From positions 6,560,001 through 6,624,000 of the forward strand of contig OZ244207.1 in assembly GCA_965216875.1 (NCBI GenBank): a stretch of DNA of 64,000 nucleotides, read 5' to 3'. Source of the DNA: Rubripirellula sp. Its GTDB lineage: Bacteria > Planctomycetota > Planctomycetia > Pirellulales > Pirellulaceae. Position numbers and translations under genes: made by a program. This document shows, piece after piece, positions 61,830-64,000 of the stretch. Under the pieces are notes generated by a model. It saw only the letters and a list, made by a program, of their open reading frames with translations, did no database searches and had not been told where the DNA came from. Every line of letters begins with the position of its first letter. Position 1 is the first letter of the stretch.

Positions 61830-63344
61830 CTATTCAGCTCGTTCGATGGCGAAGACGCAGGCGTGTTTCCCAGCGAAGCCTTGGGGCATGTTGATGCGAA
61901 GATGGTAGGGGTCGTGGCTGTATTTGATCGTCGCGTCGCTGCCGAGGAGTTTGAGTGATTTGATGTCGTCTTGGTTCAAGCGTCCGCGCGTGCCGAGGGC
62001 GCGGATCTTGATTTCGCCTTTGGGCACACCGAGGCAGATCGCGTACAGCGTGTCGTCTTTCTGGGTGAAGCGAAAGTCATTCTCGGTGTAGACGGCATTG
62101 CGATGACGCTCGGAGTAATGTCCGGTCTTTTCAAGGAACGAAGGTCCTTCGCCGTAGACCGTCCAGGGGACTGTGCCGTAGATCGCTGCGCCATTGATGT
62201 CGAGCCAGTCGCCGATCTCAAGCAGTTCGCCAACGATGTCCTCGGAAAACGTTCCGTCGACTTTGGGCGGCACATTGAGAAGTAGGATGCCGTTCTTGGC
62301 AACCACATCCACAAGGATGTCGATCAACGCATTGGCATCCTTGATTCCCATCCCCTCTTTGTAGAACCAACTGACCGGATCGCAAATGTCGATGTCGGTC
62401 ATCCAAACATCGTAGGCGAGTTCGTCGATGAGTCCGTTTTCGATGTTCCGCATTCCGACATTCGGCGGAATGTCGAACTCTTTGTAAACGAGTTCGACTT
62501 CTTTGTTGTGTTGGGCAGCGACGTTAAAGAAGTTGGCGATGTAGGCGCGCTGTGCCCAATCGGGGTAACCCCCGATGTGGTTCTCGCGTTCGGCGATCAG
62601 TTTGCCGTGCACCAGCCGCCCTTGGTTGTGCGCGCGGACAGTGCCGCCAAACGAAGTGTCGAGCCATGAAATGTCGGGTTGGTACTTGTTGACCGCTTCG
62701 TTCATTTTCGCGAGCCACTGTTCAACAAACTCGCGCGTTGGTGGCGATTGCATTTCGTTGTCGTTGCGATAGCGGATCGCCCCTTCGACATCGAGATCGT
62801 GAGGCGGCCCGTAGAGGTCAACGTATTTTGGGTTTCGCCGGCCAGGGTTGTCTTGATCGGTCGCCGCTTTGTACCAATAGCCGGTGTGGAACGACGTGAT
62901 CAGCTTCATGTCTCGGGCAAGGATCTCGGGTTTGAGCTGGCCAATCAGATCGATTCGCGGACCCATGTTGGCTGAGTTGAAGGGCGTCTGATCGCTATCC
63001 CAGTGAAGGAAGCCACTGCCGTGCCAAGCGACCGGGCCCGCGAACTTTGCACCCGCGCGCTCAAAGAGATCTGCCCACTGGCCGGCATCAAATTTGTCGA
63101 GCGTCAGTCCGTCGATTAATTCATGCGTGTGCTTCGATTCGTTGCCTGGCAAGTTCTTGACCGTTTCAAACGAAACATGGCAATAAATTCCGAACTTGGC
63201 ATCCCTTAGCCACTGAGGTGTTTGATGCCGTGAGAGGGAATTCCAATTCGGCTGGTACCGCTCGGCAGATTGTTGTGCCGTGGAGTGGTCGGTCAAAGCG
63301 ATCCAGACACTCAGAGCAAGAAGCGTTGTTGTCAGCGCTCTCAT
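61830..63344 (-). CDS. Secreted GH29 alpha-L-fucosidase-like glycosidase, divergent
   Basis: Signal peptide; YQPNWNSL...PQWLRDAKFGIYCH, FDAGQWADLF..AGAKF, YQPDISWLD nucleophile, LVDVVAKNGILLLNVPP, IGDWLDINGAAIYGT. Confidence 0.88.
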   Translation of the reverse strand: MRALTTTLLALSVWIALTDHSTAQQSAERYQPNWNSLSRHQTPQWLRDAKFGIYCHVSFETVKNLPGNESKHTHELIDGLTLDKFDAGQWADLFERAGAKFAGPVAWHGSGFLHWDSDQTPFNSANMGPRIDLIGQLKPEILARDMKLITSFHTGYWYKAATDQDNPGRRNPKYVDLYGPPHDLDVEGAIRYRNDNEMQSPPTREFVEQWLAKMNEAVNKYQPDISWLDTSFGGTVRAHNQGRLVHGKLIAERENHIGGYPDWAQRAYIANFFNVAAQHNKEVELVYKEFDIPPNVGMRNIENGLIDELAYDVWMTDIDICDPVSWFYKEGMGIKDANALIDILVDVVAKNGILLLNVPPKVDGTFSEDIVGELLEIGDWLDINGAAIYGTVPWTVYGEGPSFLEKTGHYSERHRNAVYTENDFRFTQKDDTLYAICLGVPKGEIKIRALGTRGRLNQDDIKSLKLLGSDATIKYSHDPYHLRINMPQGFAGKHACVFAIERAE

Positions 63345-63533
63345 GATTCTTATGGGTGGTTTGTCGAAAACGGGGCAGCAGCGAGTCGGCCCTCTCGAAT
63401 CTAGTTGAAACGTGAGGCATTGGAATCGAACTGCTGAGCCACTGTCAAACAACGATTCTTAACTAGGCGACAAGAGATCAACCTGACGCCGGCGAGGGCG
63501 AGCGCAAGCGATCACGAGCGCAAAAGGCTGCGT

Positions 63534-64000
63534 CTACGACTTGGCTGGCGCATCGACCAGCGCTCGCGTTGACTCGACAAACAGTTCGTCCGCGTTAAGC
63601 AGTCGCTTGGCCAATCCCTGCTCGTAGAGATAACGACAAGCGGTTTGCATTGCCTTGCGATTCGCCTCGAGACCATATGAATAGAAATTCTCGCCGAGTG
63701 CTTCGATGGTCTCGTCGAGTTCTTGGCCGTACCAGGGCAACGAACTGTAAGCCCACTTGATGCGTTTTGCTTCGATGTCGTCGAGCTGCTTGGAAAGCGA
63801 GTAGGCTTCGAAAACCTTTTGGGGCAGATCGGGTTGTTCGGTTGTCAGTGCACGCCGTATGGCAATGACGTGCATGATCGGAAAGATCTGCGTGCGTCTG
63901 AAATAGTCTTTCTCGACGCTGCGATGATCGTCGAACAATCGTTTGATGTCTGGGTTGCGTTCGACAAACGCTTGCGGTTCGGCTGGATGAAAGATCGCAT
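63534..64000 (-). CDS. 4,5-dihydroxyphthalate decarboxylase-like / solute-binding-fold protein, 3' part (runs off right edge)
   Basis: YFRRTQIFPIMHVIAIRR, LPWY, YGLEANR, YLYEQGL motifs. Confidence 0.72.
   Translation of the reverse strand, partial: AIFHPAEPQAFVERNPDIKRLFDDHRSVEKDYFRRTQIFPIMHVIAIRRALTTEQPDLPQKVFEAYSLSKQLDDIEAKRIKWAYSSLPWYGQELDETIEALGENFYSYGLEANRKAMQTACRYLYEQGLAKRLLNADELFVESTRALVDAPAKS

Overview
Chromosomal window from a planctomycete, probably Pirellulaceae-like (inferred from PSCyt/PSD1 and DUF1501 genes and a LEPRxLL-type export motif). It opens with housekeeping genes: the 3' end of rpoB, rpoC, a GspE/PilB-type ATPase, a short RecQ, miaB and an M16 peptidase pair. A PspA-like / FHA-like / Ser-Thr kinase operon and several typical planctomycete exported proteins follow. 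The most notable locus is at about 31.35-43.76 kb. A c-di-GMP-I riboswitch, whose P3 strand is complementary to the first RBS (predicted translational ON switch), heads an 11-gene co-oriented cluster. The cluster joins a chemosensory core with no CheR/CheB (REC, CheW, sensor-less MCP, CheA-REC, REC-DUF4388) to a degenerate FHA coiled-coil protein, two helix-IDR-helix proteins, an FGE-fold protein, a Zn-ribbon TRAFAC GTPase (double-GTPase-2-like) and a GAP1-N2-like partner. The second highlight is at about 45.9-61.8 kb. It holds a roughly 4,570-aa RHS/YD toxin with 14 FG-GAP repeats inserted into its YD shell and an alpha/beta-hydrolase tip, two putative immunity genes and an HD hydrolase. The block is bracketed by near-identical inverted composite REP-like elements. 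A divergent GH29 and a partial ORF close the window. No tRNA, rRNA, CRISPR array, transposase or integrase was seen. Family assignments come from motif recognition by eye, not from database searches.
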